From: Candidatus Omnitrophota bacterium
Lineage (GTDB): Bacteria > Omnitrophota > Gorgyraeia > Pluralincolimonadales > Pluralincolimonadaceae
Length of the DNA: 64,000 nucleotides
Direction: 5' to 3'
Assembly (NCBI GenBank): GCA_041653595.1
Contig: JBAZFB010000004.1
Span: forward strand, 14,757 to 78,756
The notes below the pieces were generated by a model. That model ran no database searches, had not been told where the DNA came from, and saw only the letters and a program-made list of their open reading frames with translations. This document shows positions 31,793 to 41,157 of the stretch, in pieces. Position numbers and translations under genes: made by a program. How positions within the stretch are numbered: the first letter of the stretch is position 1; the number at the start of each line of letters is the position of its first letter.

Positions 31793-33224
31793 TACAAAGA
31801 GATTCCTGAAAATAAAACGGGAGGCCTCATCTTACCGCGAGGTATGCGAGCGCGTAAAGGATTACAGAGAGGTGGCTGTCCTGCGCCCGGAGGAGAAGTC
31901 GAAAGACCAGAGCTCTCGCTGCATGGACTGCGGAGTGCCGTTCTGCCATTGGGGCTGCCCGATCGGGAATTATATACCGGAGTGGAACGACCTGATGTTT
32001 CGCGGCCAATGGAAAAAGGCAATAGACGTCCTGGGCGCGACGAATAACCTGCCCGAGATAACCGGCAGGATCTGCCCGGCACCGTGCGAATACGCGTGCG
32101 TCCTCGGGATAAACGATGACCCTGTCACTATACGGGAAGACGAGCTCGATATTATAGAATATGCTTTCAAAGAGGGAGGGCTCAAGCCCAACCCGCCGAA
32201 AAAACGCACCGGCAAGAAAGTCGCCGTCATAGGTTCCGGACCGTCAGGCCTTGCCTGCGCCGACCAGTTGAATAAAGCCGGGCATAAAGTCACGGTATTC
32301 GAGAAGGACGACAAGATAGGCGGAATACTGCGCTACGGCATACCCGATTTCAAGCTCGACAAATCCGTCCTCGACAGGCGCATAAAGATATGGAAGAAAG
32401 AGGGGATAGAATTCAAGACATCCGCTGATGTAGGCGCCGATTATAAAACGTCCAAACTGAAGAAGGATTTCGACGTGATCGTGCTTGCCGGCGGGAGCCG
32501 CTTCCCGCGCGACCTCAAGATACCCGGCCGCGAGCTGGGCGGAATACATTTCGCGATGGATTTCCTCGTCCAGTCGAATAATAGGGTTTCCGGAATCAAG
32601 GTACCTTCCGGAAAGCTCATCGACGCGAAGGGTAAGAAGGTTGTCGTTATCGGCGGCGGTGACACAGGCGCTGACTGCGTAGGCACCGCGCACAGGCAGG
32701 GCGCGTCATGCATCGTCCAGATAGAGCTCTTGTCCCAGCCTCCGGAATGCCGCACAAAGGATTTTCCGTGGCCGAAATATCCGATGCTTTTGAAGACAAC
32801 TACGAGTCATCAGGAGGGCGGCGAACGCTATTGGTCGGTCTCGACCAAGAAGTTTGAGGGCGCCGGCGGAAAGGTCAAGAAACTTTCCTGCGTAAAGGTC
32901 GAGATAGGCCGTGACGATAAAGGCTGCATGATGATAAAAGACGTCCCGGGAAGCGGATTTGAGATAGAAGCGGACCTTGTCGTCCTCGCGCTCGGGTTTA
33001 TGCACCCCGAGAAAGGGCTCATCTCACAGCTCGGCGTCGAGCTCGACCCGCGCGGGAACGTAAAGACCGACGAGCATTATCTTACCTCGGTAAAAGATGT
33101 CTTCGCCGCAGGCGATATGAGGAGGGGCCAGTCGCTCATCGTCTGGGCCATCTCCGAAGGCCGCCGCGCCGCCCACTCCATCGACAAATACCTCATGGGC
33201 TCCACCCGCCTGCCGGCCATTTGA
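31785..33224 (+). CDS. gltD: Glutamate synthase small subunit (NADPH-dependent, GltD-like).
   Basis: Two Cys clusters (CMDCGVPFCH…CP, CPAPCEYAC). FAD/NAD Rossmann motifs (VAVIGSGPSGLACA, VVVIGGGDTGADC). 8-nt overlap with gltB. Confidence 0.9.
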
Positions 33225-33230
33225 GCCGTC

Positions 33231-33259
33231 TTGACAATCCCCGCATTTTGCCGTAAAAT
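33231..33259 (+). promoter_or_regulatory. Sigma-70-like promoter: TTGACA, 17 nt spacer, TAAAAT, for the hyf-like operon.
   Basis: TTGACA at 33231-33236, TAAAAT at 33254-33259, in the 117 bp gap after gltD. Confidence 0.45.
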
Positions 33260-33341
33260 ACCACCTACAACAGTCAAGTAATACTGCAGCGAAGAACCGA
33301 AGCTCCTGCCAGCATTACCTCTAACTAACAAAAAAACGTAA

Positions 33342-35168
33342 ATGGAATATCTCAAAATAGGTCTTACATTACTATTTGACCCGCTGTCTTTGTTTTTCCT
33401 GGCGGTCATAGCGCTCGTCTCGGTGCCGTCGGCGGTCTACGCGATAGGCTACTTAAAAGGGGACCATTCACGCGGCGGGACGCTCCTCGCGTGGTCGCTT
33501 ATGGCCGCGTTCGTCCTGTCTATGGCGCTCGTAGTCACGGCCGGCAATGCCTTTCTTTTCCTCGTCGCATGGGAGCTGATGTCGCTCCTTTCGTATTTCC
33601 TCGTCGTCTTCGACCACAAGCATGAAAAATCAGTGAAGGCAGGCACTATCTACATAGTCATGACCCACATCGGGACGGCATTTATTACCGCGGCCTTCCT
33701 TATTATTTTCAAGTACGCCGGGTCGTTCGAATTTTCCGCGTTCAAACAGGCCTGCCTCTCGATGCCCGGTAACATAAAAGATATCGTTTTTATCTTCTTA
33801 TTGATAGGGTTCGGTACGAAGGCGGGGATCGTGCCGCTTCACATCTGGCTTCCTTACGCGCATCCCCAGGCGCCCAGCCACATCTCAAGCATAATGTCCG
33901 GTGTTATGATAAAGACGGCCATCTACGGGATGGTCAGGTTCATCATCTTTATCCTCGGCGTCAATTCGTTGTGGTGGGGCAACCTCGTGCTGGTCGTCGC
34001 GATAGTTTCGTGCCTCGTTGGCGTCATTTATGCGCTTATGGAACATGACCTGAAGAAGCTCCTGGCCTATCACAGCGTCGAGAATATCGGGATCATCCTT
34101 CTCGGCGTCGGCGCCTCGATGGTTTTTATTAAAATGGGAAATCCGGTCCTTGCCGTATTCGCGCTCTGCGCCGGCCTGTATCATTTGGTTAACCACGCTG
34201 TATTTAAAGGCCTTTTATTTTTGGGCGCGGGCGCAGTCTATAAAGCTACCGGGACGCGCAATATGGAAGACCTCGGCGGGCTGATAAAGCTGATGCCGTG
34301 GACCGCGGCGACATTCCTTGTCGGCGCGATGGCGATATCGGCGCTGCCTCCGTTGAGCGGGTTCGTGAGCGAGTGGCTTACCCTCCAGGCGTTCTTTTTT
34401 GGCGCGCTCGCTTCGGCGGGAAGCTATAAGATATTCTTAAGCGTATGCGCGGCGATGCTCGCCCTGACAGGCGGCCTTGCCGCCTCGTGTTTCGTGAAGG
34501 CCTTCGGCATTACGTTCCTGGCGATGCCGAGGAGCGACCGCGCGAGGGAGGCAAAAGAGGTATCGCTTTCGATGAAATCAGCCCTTGTAGCCATGTCCAT
34601 ATTTACGGTCATCCTTGGGCTTGCGGCTTCGGTGATGATCAAGATATTGGTCGTCGTCTCGGGCTGCGCGACAGGCATCGAAACCTCCGGCATGAGCTTT
34701 ACCCTGAATAATTTCACGCTCGCGCCGCAGCCTGGAACATATCTTTCGGTCCCGCTCATAACCCTTGCGCTTATATTCGCAGCCGGCGCCGGCTTGGCCC
34801 TCGTCCGTACCGGACGCAAGCGCGTTTGCGAGGGAAAGACATGGGGCTGCGGCTATTACGACCTGGACTCAAGGACAGAATATACCGCGACCGCCTTTTC
34901 AAAGCCGTTCCGGATAGCGTTCAGTTTCTTTTTACGGCCGTACAGCAAGACAGAGAAGATAAGGGAATCGTTCTATCACGTAAAATCATTCAAGTACGAG
35001 GTCTTTACCACCCCTGTCTTCAGGCGTTATATATACGAGCCTGCGCTTAACCTTATCGTCAAGACGGCGCACGCGATGAAGCGTATACAGCCGGGCAGCA
35101 TCCACGTCTATATCGCCTATATTTTTGTCACGATACTGGCGCTTGTTATTTTTATGGGGAGGCCCTGA
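33342..35168 (+). CDS. HyfB/HycC-like proton-translocating membrane subunit (NuoL family) of a group-4 hydrogenase-related complex.
   Basis: Aligns along its length with E. coli HyfB (e.g. GTKAGIVPLHIWLPYAHPQAPSHISSIMSGVMIKTAIYG vs [39 protein letters not shown]). Confidence 0.85.
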   Translation: MEYLKIGLTLLFDPLSLFFLAVIALVSVPSAVYAIGYLKGDHSRGGTLLAWSLMAAFVLSMALVVTAGNAFLFLVAWELMSLLSYFLVVFDHKHEKSVKAGTIYIVMTHIGTAFITAAFLIIFKYAGSFEFSAFKQACLSMPGNIKDIVFIFLLIGFGTKAGIVPLHIWLPYAHPQAPSHISSIMSGVMIKTAIYGMVRFIIFILGVNSLWWGNLVLVVAIVSCLVGVIYALMEHDLKKLLAYHSVENIGIILLGVGASMVFIKMGNPVLAVFALCAGLYHLVNHAVFKGLLFLGAGAVYKATGTRNMEDLGGLIKLMPWTAATFLVGAMAISALPPLSGFVSEWLTLQAFFFGALASAGSYKIFLSVCAAMLALTGGLAASCFVKAFGITFLAMPRSDRAREAKEVSLSMKSALVAMSIFTVILGLAASVMIKILVVVSGCATGIETSGMSFTLNNFTLAPQPGTYLSVPLITLALIFAAGAGLALVRTGRKRVCEGKTWGCGYYDLDSRTEYTATAFSKPFRIAFSFFLRPYSKTEKIRESFYHVKSFKYEVFTTPVFRRYIYEPALNLIVKTAHAMKRIQPGSIHVYIAYIFVTILALVIFMGRP

Positions 35169-35169
35169 C

Positions 35170-36045
35170 ATGAAAACCGCGCTTATCTTCATCCAGGTCG
35201 CGATGCTCATCGTTTTATCGCCTCTCGTTAGCGGCATAATAAGGAAGATAAAGAATAATATCAGGATGCGCAAAGGCGCCGGCATATTCCAGCCGTATTA
35301 TAACCTTGCTAAGCTTTTCGCGAAGGAAGAGGTCGTATCGGATACTACGTCGTGGATATTCAGGGCCGCGCCGTTTGTCGTCCTTGCCTCATCCGTGTGC
35401 GCGTTGTCGCTCGTGCCTGTATTCTCGCCGGCGCTTTCGTTCTCCAATATGGGCGATTTCCTCTCCTTAATATTTATTTTGGCGCTCGGCAGGTTCTTTA
35501 TCGCCCTCGCCGGACTCGACGCGGGGAGCGCGTTCGGCGGAATGGGCTCATCGCGGGAGATGTTCATATCGACATTCGTGGAGCCCGTGGCCTTGCTGTC
35601 GATCTTCGCGGTCTCGCTCAACGCGGGTTCGACGAACCTGGCGTCGGTCAGCGCGCCTGCCGTTCTGCGGTTGTCATCCATCATCGCGGCGCTCTCGCTT
35701 TTTATAGTGACTATCGCCGAGACCTCGCGCATCCCGGTCGATAACCGGGAGACCCACCTGGAATTGACGATGATACACGAGGCGATGGTCCTGGAATATT
35801 CAGGCAGGCCGCTCGCCCTTATAGAATTGGCCTCGCACATAAAGCAGATATTGTTCTTTTCCCTGATAGCCGCGGTCGTCATCCCGTGGGGCGATTTCGC
35901 CCTCAAGATGGCGGCGATCATCATAGCGGTGAGCCTGATAGAGGTATCGGTGGCTAAGATGAGGCTGTTCAGGGCCGTGGATTTCCTGAGCTTCGCGTTC
36001 GTCCTCTCGATAATGGCGGTCATCGTCTCCGCGGCGGGGTACTGA
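35170..36045 (+). CDS. HyfC/HycD-like membrane subunit (NuoH family).
   Basis: Multi-TM protein. The N-terminus MKTALIFIQVAMLIVLSPLVSGIIRKIKNNIRMRKGAGIFQPYYNLAKLF matches the NuoH/HycD pattern. ATG 1 nt after the upstream stop. Confidence 0.8.
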   Translation: MKTALIFIQVAMLIVLSPLVSGIIRKIKNNIRMRKGAGIFQPYYNLAKLFAKEEVVSDTTSWIFRAAPFVVLASSVCALSLVPVFSPALSFSNMGDFLSLIFILALGRFFIALAGLDAGSAFGGMGSSREMFISTFVEPVALLSIFAVSLNAGSTNLASVSAPAVLRLSSIIAALSLFIVTIAETSRIPVDNRETHLELTMIHEAMVLEYSGRPLALIELASHIKQILFFSLIAAVVIPWGDFALKMAAIIIAVSLIEVSVAKMRLFRAVDFLSFAFVLSIMAVIVSAAGY

Positions 36046-36046
36046 T

Positions 36047-36667
36047 ATGTTCATGAATATATCCTTATTCGCGATACTCATGATGGCCTTCGCCATGGTC
36101 GCGGCGAAACGGGTGACCGCCCTGATAAACGGTTTCCGCGCCCAGTCGCTATTCCTGTTCCTTTTTATGTTAGTGCTGGCGCGCAGGGCCGATTCGACGG
36201 AATTATATATAGTCGCCGCGCTCCTCTTCCTGATAAAAGTCATATTGATACCGCGCATGCTGCACAGGGTGGTAAAAAGGATAAAAGTGAGCGAAGATCT
36301 CGGGCTTTCCGCGAACCCGACCGTCTCGATCTTCGCAGCCATCGTGCTGGCTTACCTGGCGTACGCGTTCACCGGGATGATAGCCGGTGTTCCGGCGTTC
36401 TTCGTCTCTATCTCGATAACGCTCATCGGCTTATTTATCATGATATTCAGGATGAAGGCGCTGGCCCAGATAGCCGGCCTGCTCATAATGGAGAACGGGA
36501 TGTTCCTCGCCGCAGCCAGTGTCTCCGGCGGGATGCCGTTCATAGTCGAAATAGCGATATTCTTCGATGTCTTCCTCGCGGTGATAATACTCGGTATTTT
36601 CGTCTATAAGATAAACAGCCTGTTCACGCATATAGACGTGGACAAGCTCACTGAGCTGAAAGGTTGA
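36047..36667 (+). CDS. HyfE-like small hydrophobic membrane subunit.
   Basis: 206 aa, 6-7 TM helices. Position and size match HyfE of hydrogenase-4 type operons. Sequence-level identification is weak. Confidence 0.55.
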   Translation: MFMNISLFAILMMAFAMVAAKRVTALINGFRAQSLFLFLFMLVLARRADSTELYIVAALLFLIKVILIPRMLHRVVKRIKVSEDLGLSANPTVSIFAAIVLAYLAYAFTGMIAGVPAFFVSISITLIGLFIMIFRMKALAQIAGLLIMENGMFLAAASVSGGMPFIVEIAIFFDVFLAVIILGIFVYKINSLFTHIDVDKLTELKG

Positions 36668-36670
36668 CGA

Positions 36671-38071
36671 ATGAATAGGATAAAGGCATTGGGCGTCATC
36701 AACGCGGTATTGCATCTCGCGATATCGGCCGCTTCTGTATTCCTTGCCTCGTATGTGCTAAAGGAAGGTCCGGTCAGCGGTTTTGATTTCTTCTATATCG
36801 ACGCGCTGAGCGCTTTCTTTATCCTTACGATATCCGTAGTTAACCTTGCTGCGGCGCTTTATTCGATAGGCTATATGGAGAAGGATGTCGAGGCGGGGAC
36901 GATAAAGGAGAGGAAGGCGGGCGCCTATTACGGGCTCTTTAATCTCTTCGCGTTCACTATGTATTTCGTGACGGTCGTGAATAACCTCGGCATGCTCTGG
37001 GTCGCGATCGAGATGACGACCCTCGTTTCCGCGTTCCTGGTGGGTTTCTACAACAACAAGAGATCCATCGAGGCGGCCTGGAAATATATAATAATATGCT
37101 CGGTAGGCATAACGCTTGCCCTTTTGGGGACGATATTATTTTATTATACCGCCTCGCGCGACGGGGGGATATCGAGCCTGAACTGGACCGACATGATGGA
37201 CGCGGCGGGAAAGCTCGACCCGAAGGTGTTGAAGGTCGCGTTCCTTTTCATCCTTGTCGGATACGGGACCAAGGCCGGCCTCGCGCCCATGCATACCTGG
37301 CTCCCTGACGCGCACAGCCAGGCGCCGGCGCCGATAAGCGCGCTCCTCTCCGGCGTGCTCCTTAAGACGGCTATCTACGCGATAATCAGGTTCACTTCCA
37401 TAATAAATATCTGCATCGGCACGTCATATTCGGACGGGCTGCTTATCTTCTTCGGGCTCCTTTCACTCGGCGTATCCGCGGCGTTCGTGATCGTCCAAAA
37501 GGACATCAAGCGCCTGTTCGCGTACAGCAGCGTCGAGCATATCGGCGTCATAACTTTCGGCCTGGGCATGGGCGGCGCGCTCGGGCTTTTCGGCGCGCTC
37601 TTCCACGTATTCAATCACGCGGTGACGAAATCACTCATGTTCTTCAGCGCCGGCAATGTGGTGAAAAAATATAAGACGAGCGAGATGGGCGCGATAAGGG
37701 GAGTGCTAAACGCCATGCCTTTTACCGGCATCATGCTGATAATAGGCGCGTTCGCCCTGACGGGTTCCCCGCCGTTCTCGGTATTTTTCAGCGAAGTGAT
37801 GATACTCATCTCGGGTTTCGGGCAGGGGCTTTATCTCCAGTCGGCGCTCTTCCTGCTCTTTTTGGCGATAATATTCGGCGCGGTCATACACCATATAAGT
37901 AAAATAGCCTTCGGAAAGAAGCCGCAGGATATGCCGGTCTCCGGCGAACCCTTGAGCGGGAAGATGGCGTTCGTACTCCTGCTGTTATTCATATGCGCGC
38001 TCGGGTTCAAGCTGCCCGCGCTTTTCAGCGGGCTTATTACTTCGGCGATAGAGATAATAAGAGGGGCATGA
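36671..38071 (+). CDS. HyfF/HyfD-like antiporter-type membrane subunit (NuoM/NuoN family).
   Basis: 'GTKAGLAPMHTWLPDAHSQAPAPISALLSGVLLKTAIYAIIRF' is the conserved NuoL/M/N motif. 466 aa polytopic protein. Confidence 0.8.
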   Translation: MNRIKALGVINAVLHLAISAASVFLASYVLKEGPVSGFDFFYIDALSAFFILTISVVNLAAALYSIGYMEKDVEAGTIKERKAGAYYGLFNLFAFTMYFVTVVNNLGMLWVAIEMTTLVSAFLVGFYNNKRSIEAAWKYIIICSVGITLALLGTILFYYTASRDGGISSLNWTDMMDAAGKLDPKVLKVAFLFILVGYGTKAGLAPMHTWLPDAHSQAPAPISALLSGVLLKTAIYAIIRFTSIINICIGTSYSDGLLIFFGLLSLGVSAAFVIVQKDIKRLFAYSSVEHIGVITFGLGMGGALGLFGALFHVFNHAVTKSLMFFSAGNVVKKYKTSEMGAIRGVLNAMPFTGIMLIIGAFALTGSPPFSVFFSEVMILISGFGQGLYLQSALFLLFLAIIFGAVIHHISKIAFGKKPQDMPVSGEPLSGKMAFVLLLLFICALGFKLPALFSGLITSAIEIIRGA

Positions 38072-39597
38072 TGGGCTTCAGGGATGAATTATATATAGAC
38101 GTAAAACCGGAAGAGTTCAGGAGCAAGTGCCTGGAACTCCACAAAAAACTTTCTTCTCCTGTGATGATGTATTTCGCGGTCGACGAGAGGAAAGAGAAGG
38201 GATCATTTGCGGTCTATTGCGCCTTCCTCGACGCGGCGGATAAGAGGTGGGCATTTGTCAGGATGTACCTGCCCCAGGACGGACCCGCATTCGAGTCGGT
38301 CTCAAAAGACATATTTTCCGCGTCCCTCTTCGAAAGGGAGATAAGGGAGATGTTCGGGATCGAGCCGCGGGGGAATCCCGACCTGAGAAGGCTCAATCTC
38401 CACGAGGAGGTCTGGCCCGAGGGATTTTATCCCCTGCGCAAGGATTTTACCCCTCCGGAGCGCGCGCGGAAAGCCGAGGGTTCGTACAAATTCAGGAAAG
38501 TCGAAGGAGAAGGCATCTTCGAGGTGCCGGTCGGCCCGGTCCATGCCGGGATAATCGGCCCGGGCCATTTCAGGTTCAGCGCGGCCGGTGAACCGATAAT
38601 AAATCTTGAGGCGAGGCTCGGGTTTACCCATCGCGGGGTCGAGAAGATCTTTGAAGGTATGCCTTCGGCCGGGTCGGCTGAGGCTGTTTGTTTTTCCGAG
38701 CGCGTCTCAGGCGATTCCGCGTTCGCTTACAGCACGGCATATTGCTCGGCAGTAGAGAAGATATACGGTATACGCGTCCCGGAACGGGCGCAGTACATAA
38801 GGGCGATATTCCTCGAGCTTGAGAGGATGTATAACCACGCGAACGATATCGGGGGAATGGCCCTCGACGTGGGTTTCAGTTTCCCGAACGCGTTCGCCTC
38901 GGTAGTAAAAGAAAAGATCCTTGCCCTCAACGAGAAGATGTCCGGCAGCAGGTACCTCAAAGGCGTAAATACCGTAGGCGGAGTGAACAGGGACCTGAGC
39001 GGGTCCGAGAGGATGGCCCTGGCGGATTCGCTTGCCGGGATATCTAAGGACCTCGAAGAGCTCAAGGCCATGCTCAAATCAAGCATATCCTTCATGGACA
39101 GGGTCGATAAGACAGGCATATTAAAGAAGAAGACCGCCGCAGACCTCGGCATAGTCGGCCTCGCGGCGCGCGCGTCGGGCATCCCGATGGACCTGAGGAA
39201 TACTTTTCCCGGCGTTTACGCCGCCGCGAATTTCAACCTCATAAAAGAGGAAGAGGGCGATGTCCTCGCCCGCCTTAACCTGCGCCTGCGGGAAGCCTCC
39301 GAATCGGCGCGCCTCATAAAAGAATTTGTCAGGATCATGAACCAGGGCGACACATCGCCCGCGAAGAAGATCGAACCGGCGGCGGGCTGCGGGATCGGCC
39401 ATGCCGAAGGCTGGCGGGGCCCGGTCCTCTTCTGGATAAAGACAGGCGCCTCAGGCCGGATAGAGAGATGCAAGATAGTCGACCCGTCTTTCCATAACTG
39501 GCAGGGGTTGTGTTTCGCGGTCCTGGGGAATATCATCCCCGATTTCCCTCTGTGCAATAAGAGCTTCGACCTATCGTATCCGGGGAATGACCTATGA
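38068..39597 (+). CDS. Fused NuoC-NuoD-like 'large subunit' (HycE/HyfG homolog) lacking the [NiFe]-binding cysteines, i.e. Ehr-type.
   Basis: N-terminal NuoC-like region, then NuoD/hydrogenase large-subunit motifs (GPVHAGIIGPGHFRF…ARLGFTHRGVEKIFEG). The L1 motif position reads ERVSGDSAFAYSTAY (expected ER-x-C-G-x-C-x-x-x-H). The C-terminal L2 reads VDPSFHNWQG (expected DPC-x-x-C). ATGA overlap with the upstream gene. The ORF-track start 37993 was rejected because it lies inside hyfF. Confidence 0.85.
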   Translation: MMGFRDELYIDVKPEEFRSKCLELHKKLSSPVMMYFAVDERKEKGSFAVYCAFLDAADKRWAFVRMYLPQDGPAFESVSKDIFSASLFEREIREMFGIEPRGNPDLRRLNLHEEVWPEGFYPLRKDFTPPERARKAEGSYKFRKVEGEGIFEVPVGPVHAGIIGPGHFRFSAAGEPIINLEARLGFTHRGVEKIFEGMPSAGSAEAVCFSERVSGDSAFAYSTAYCSAVEKIYGIRVPERAQYIRAIFLELERMYNHANDIGGMALDVGFSFPNAFASVVKEKILALNEKMSGSRYLKGVNTVGGVNRDLSGSERMALADSLAGISKDLEELKAMLKSSISFMDRVDKTGILKKKTAADLGIVGLAARASGIPMDLRNTFPGVYAAANFNLIKEEEGDVLARLNLRLREASESARLIKEFVRIMNQGDTSPAKKIEPAAGCGIGHAEGWRGPVLFWIKTGASGRIERCKIVDPSFHNWQGLCFAVLGNIIPDFPLCNKSFDLSYPGNDL

Positions 39598-40100
39598 AAA
39601 ATATATTTAAGAACAGAATGATCAAGGGGATGGTCACCATCCCGGTAGGGAAAGACGCCGATGAGGCCGATAAGCTCGGCGTAGAATTAAAAGCGCGGAT
39701 ACAAAAGAGGTTCGGCAGGTCTTTCCATATACGGGAGGTCGATACCGGTTCATGCAACGGCTGCGAATCCGAGATAATCGCGACCACGAACCCCATTTAT
39801 GATATCCAGCGGTTCGGTATCGACTTTGTCGCGTCCCCGCGCCATGCCGACGCGCTGCTCGTGACCGGACCGGTATCGAAGAATATGGCGCTGGCGCTGC
39901 GCAGGACCTACGATGCGATGGCCGAGCCGAAATTCGTCATAACCCTGGGCGATTGCGCCCTCGACGGCGGCGCGTTCAAGGATTCATATTACGTCGCCGG
40001 CGGGGTAAAAGAGATACTTCCCGTAGACCTGCATATCCCCGGCTGCCCGCCGTCGCCTCTTGCCATAATAAAATCACTCTTGGACTTTCTAAGCGCATAG
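39594..40100 (+). CDS. NuoB-like small subunit (HycG/HyfI homolog) retaining the [4Fe-4S] ligands.
   Basis: Cys ligands at GSCNGCE, GDCA and IPGCPPSP. ATGA overlap with the large-subunit gene. Confidence 0.85.
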   Translation: MKNIFKNRMIKGMVTIPVGKDADEADKLGVELKARIQKRFGRSFHIREVDTGSCNGCESEIIATTNPIYDIQRFGIDFVASPRHADALLVTGPVSKNMALALRRTYDAMAEPKFVITLGDCALDGGAFKDSYYVAGGVKEILPVDLHIPGCPPSPLAIIKSLLDFLSA

Positions 40101-40118
40101 AGTATAATCGTTGGTGAT

Positions 40119-40733
40119 ATGGAAGACCGCCATTCGGACGATACTCTAAAAGTTATCAATCGCCGGCACAGCGTCAGGCAATTCCTGGAGAGGCCGGTCG
40201 ACGATTCCCTTATTAAGGCGGTGCTCGACGCCGCGAATAAGGCGCCGTCGGCGCATAACCAGCAGTCGTGGCGTTTCATCGTCGTGCGCGGCGAGAAAAA
40301 GCAGCAGCTGGCCCAGCTCGTTGTGGATAAGTCCCCGGGATTCCCGAAGCCGTCCTCTTCCATACTCCGTATGGCGGCGAGGAGCATAAGCAACGCTCCG
40401 GTCGTCATCGCGGTCATGAACACGGGCACGCTGATAAGCCGCGGGACAGAACTGTTCAAGATAGAAAAAGACAAGGCGAAGGATTTTTTCCGGACGATGG
40501 AGATACAAAGCTCTTCCGCGGCGGTCGAGAACCTGCTTATCGCCGCGACCTCCCTCGGCCTCGGCAGCGTATGGCTCGGGATATTGTTCTTGATAAAAGA
40601 TGAGATCCTGTCGTTCTTCGGTGAGGCAAAAGGGGAATTTATGGCGGTCATCCCAGTCGGTTATCCGGCCAAAGAACAGGAAGGCCCCAAGAAAAAATCG
40701 CTGGAATATGTCGTGAGGTATATTGAAAAATGA
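40119..40733 (+). CDS. Nitroreductase-family flavoprotein.
   Basis: 'INRRHSVRQF…LDAANKAPSAHNQQSWRFIVV' is the nitroreductase fold signature. 18 nt after the NuoB-like gene. Confidence 0.75.
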   Translation: MEDRHSDDTLKVINRRHSVRQFLERPVDDSLIKAVLDAANKAPSAHNQQSWRFIVVRGEKKQQLAQLVVDKSPGFPKPSSSILRMAARSISNAPVVIAVMNTGTLISRGTELFKIEKDKAKDFFRTMEIQSSSAAVENLLIAATSLGLGSVWLGILFLIKDEILSFFGEAKGEFMAVIPVGYPAKEQEGPKKKSLEYVVRYIEK

Positions 40734-41152
40734 CAAAAGAAGATATTATCAAGTTCATCAACGCGAATCTCGTCTGCCATCTCGCCACAACCGAAGGGGA
40801 CCAGCCCCACGTCAGGGGCATGATGGCGTACCGGGCGGACGAGAAAGGGATAATATTCCACACCGGTAATTTGAAAGACCTGTTCAAGCAGGTCTGCGAC
40901 AACCCCCTGGTCGAGGCCTGTTTCTTCGATCCCAATACCAACACGCAGGTCAGGGTGAAGGGCAAGGCCGTCATAATATACGACGATAACCTGAAGAGGG
41001 AGATCGTCGCGGCAAGGCCGTTTTTGAAACCCTGGGTCGAGGAGCTCGGCCTCGATCTGATAGTGACCTTCAGGATAACGGATTGCCGCGCCTGCGTCTG
41101 GACGTTCGGGACGAATTTTGCGCCCAAGGAATACGTCAAGATCTCCGACTGA
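40730..41152 (+). CDS. Pyridoxamine 5'-phosphate oxidase-like FMN-binding split-barrel protein.
   Basis: The pattern 'INANLVCHLATTEGDQPHVRGMMAYRADEKGIIFHTGNLKDLFKQV…EACFFD' is typical of PNPOx-like/GSP26-like proteins. 4-nt overlap with the nitroreductase gene. Confidence 0.65.
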   Translation: MTKEDIIKFINANLVCHLATTEGDQPHVRGMMAYRADEKGIIFHTGNLKDLFKQVCDNPLVEACFFDPNTNTQVRVKGKAVIIYDDNLKREIVAARPFLKPWVEELGLDLIVTFRITDCRACVWTFGTNFAPKEYVKISD

Positions 41153-41157
41153 TACTT

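Noticed and set aside
35298-36023. 241-aa minus-strand ORF opposite the hyfC-like gene (also 35800..36342)
   Set aside because: Antisense of a polytopic membrane protein gene. Ala/Ser/Thr-rich translation mirrors hydrophobic codons.
37993-38067. ORF-track upstream start for the NuoCD-like gene
   Set aside because: It lies inside the hyfF-like gene. The ATGA overlap at 38068 with SD aagagggg is the conventional coupled start.
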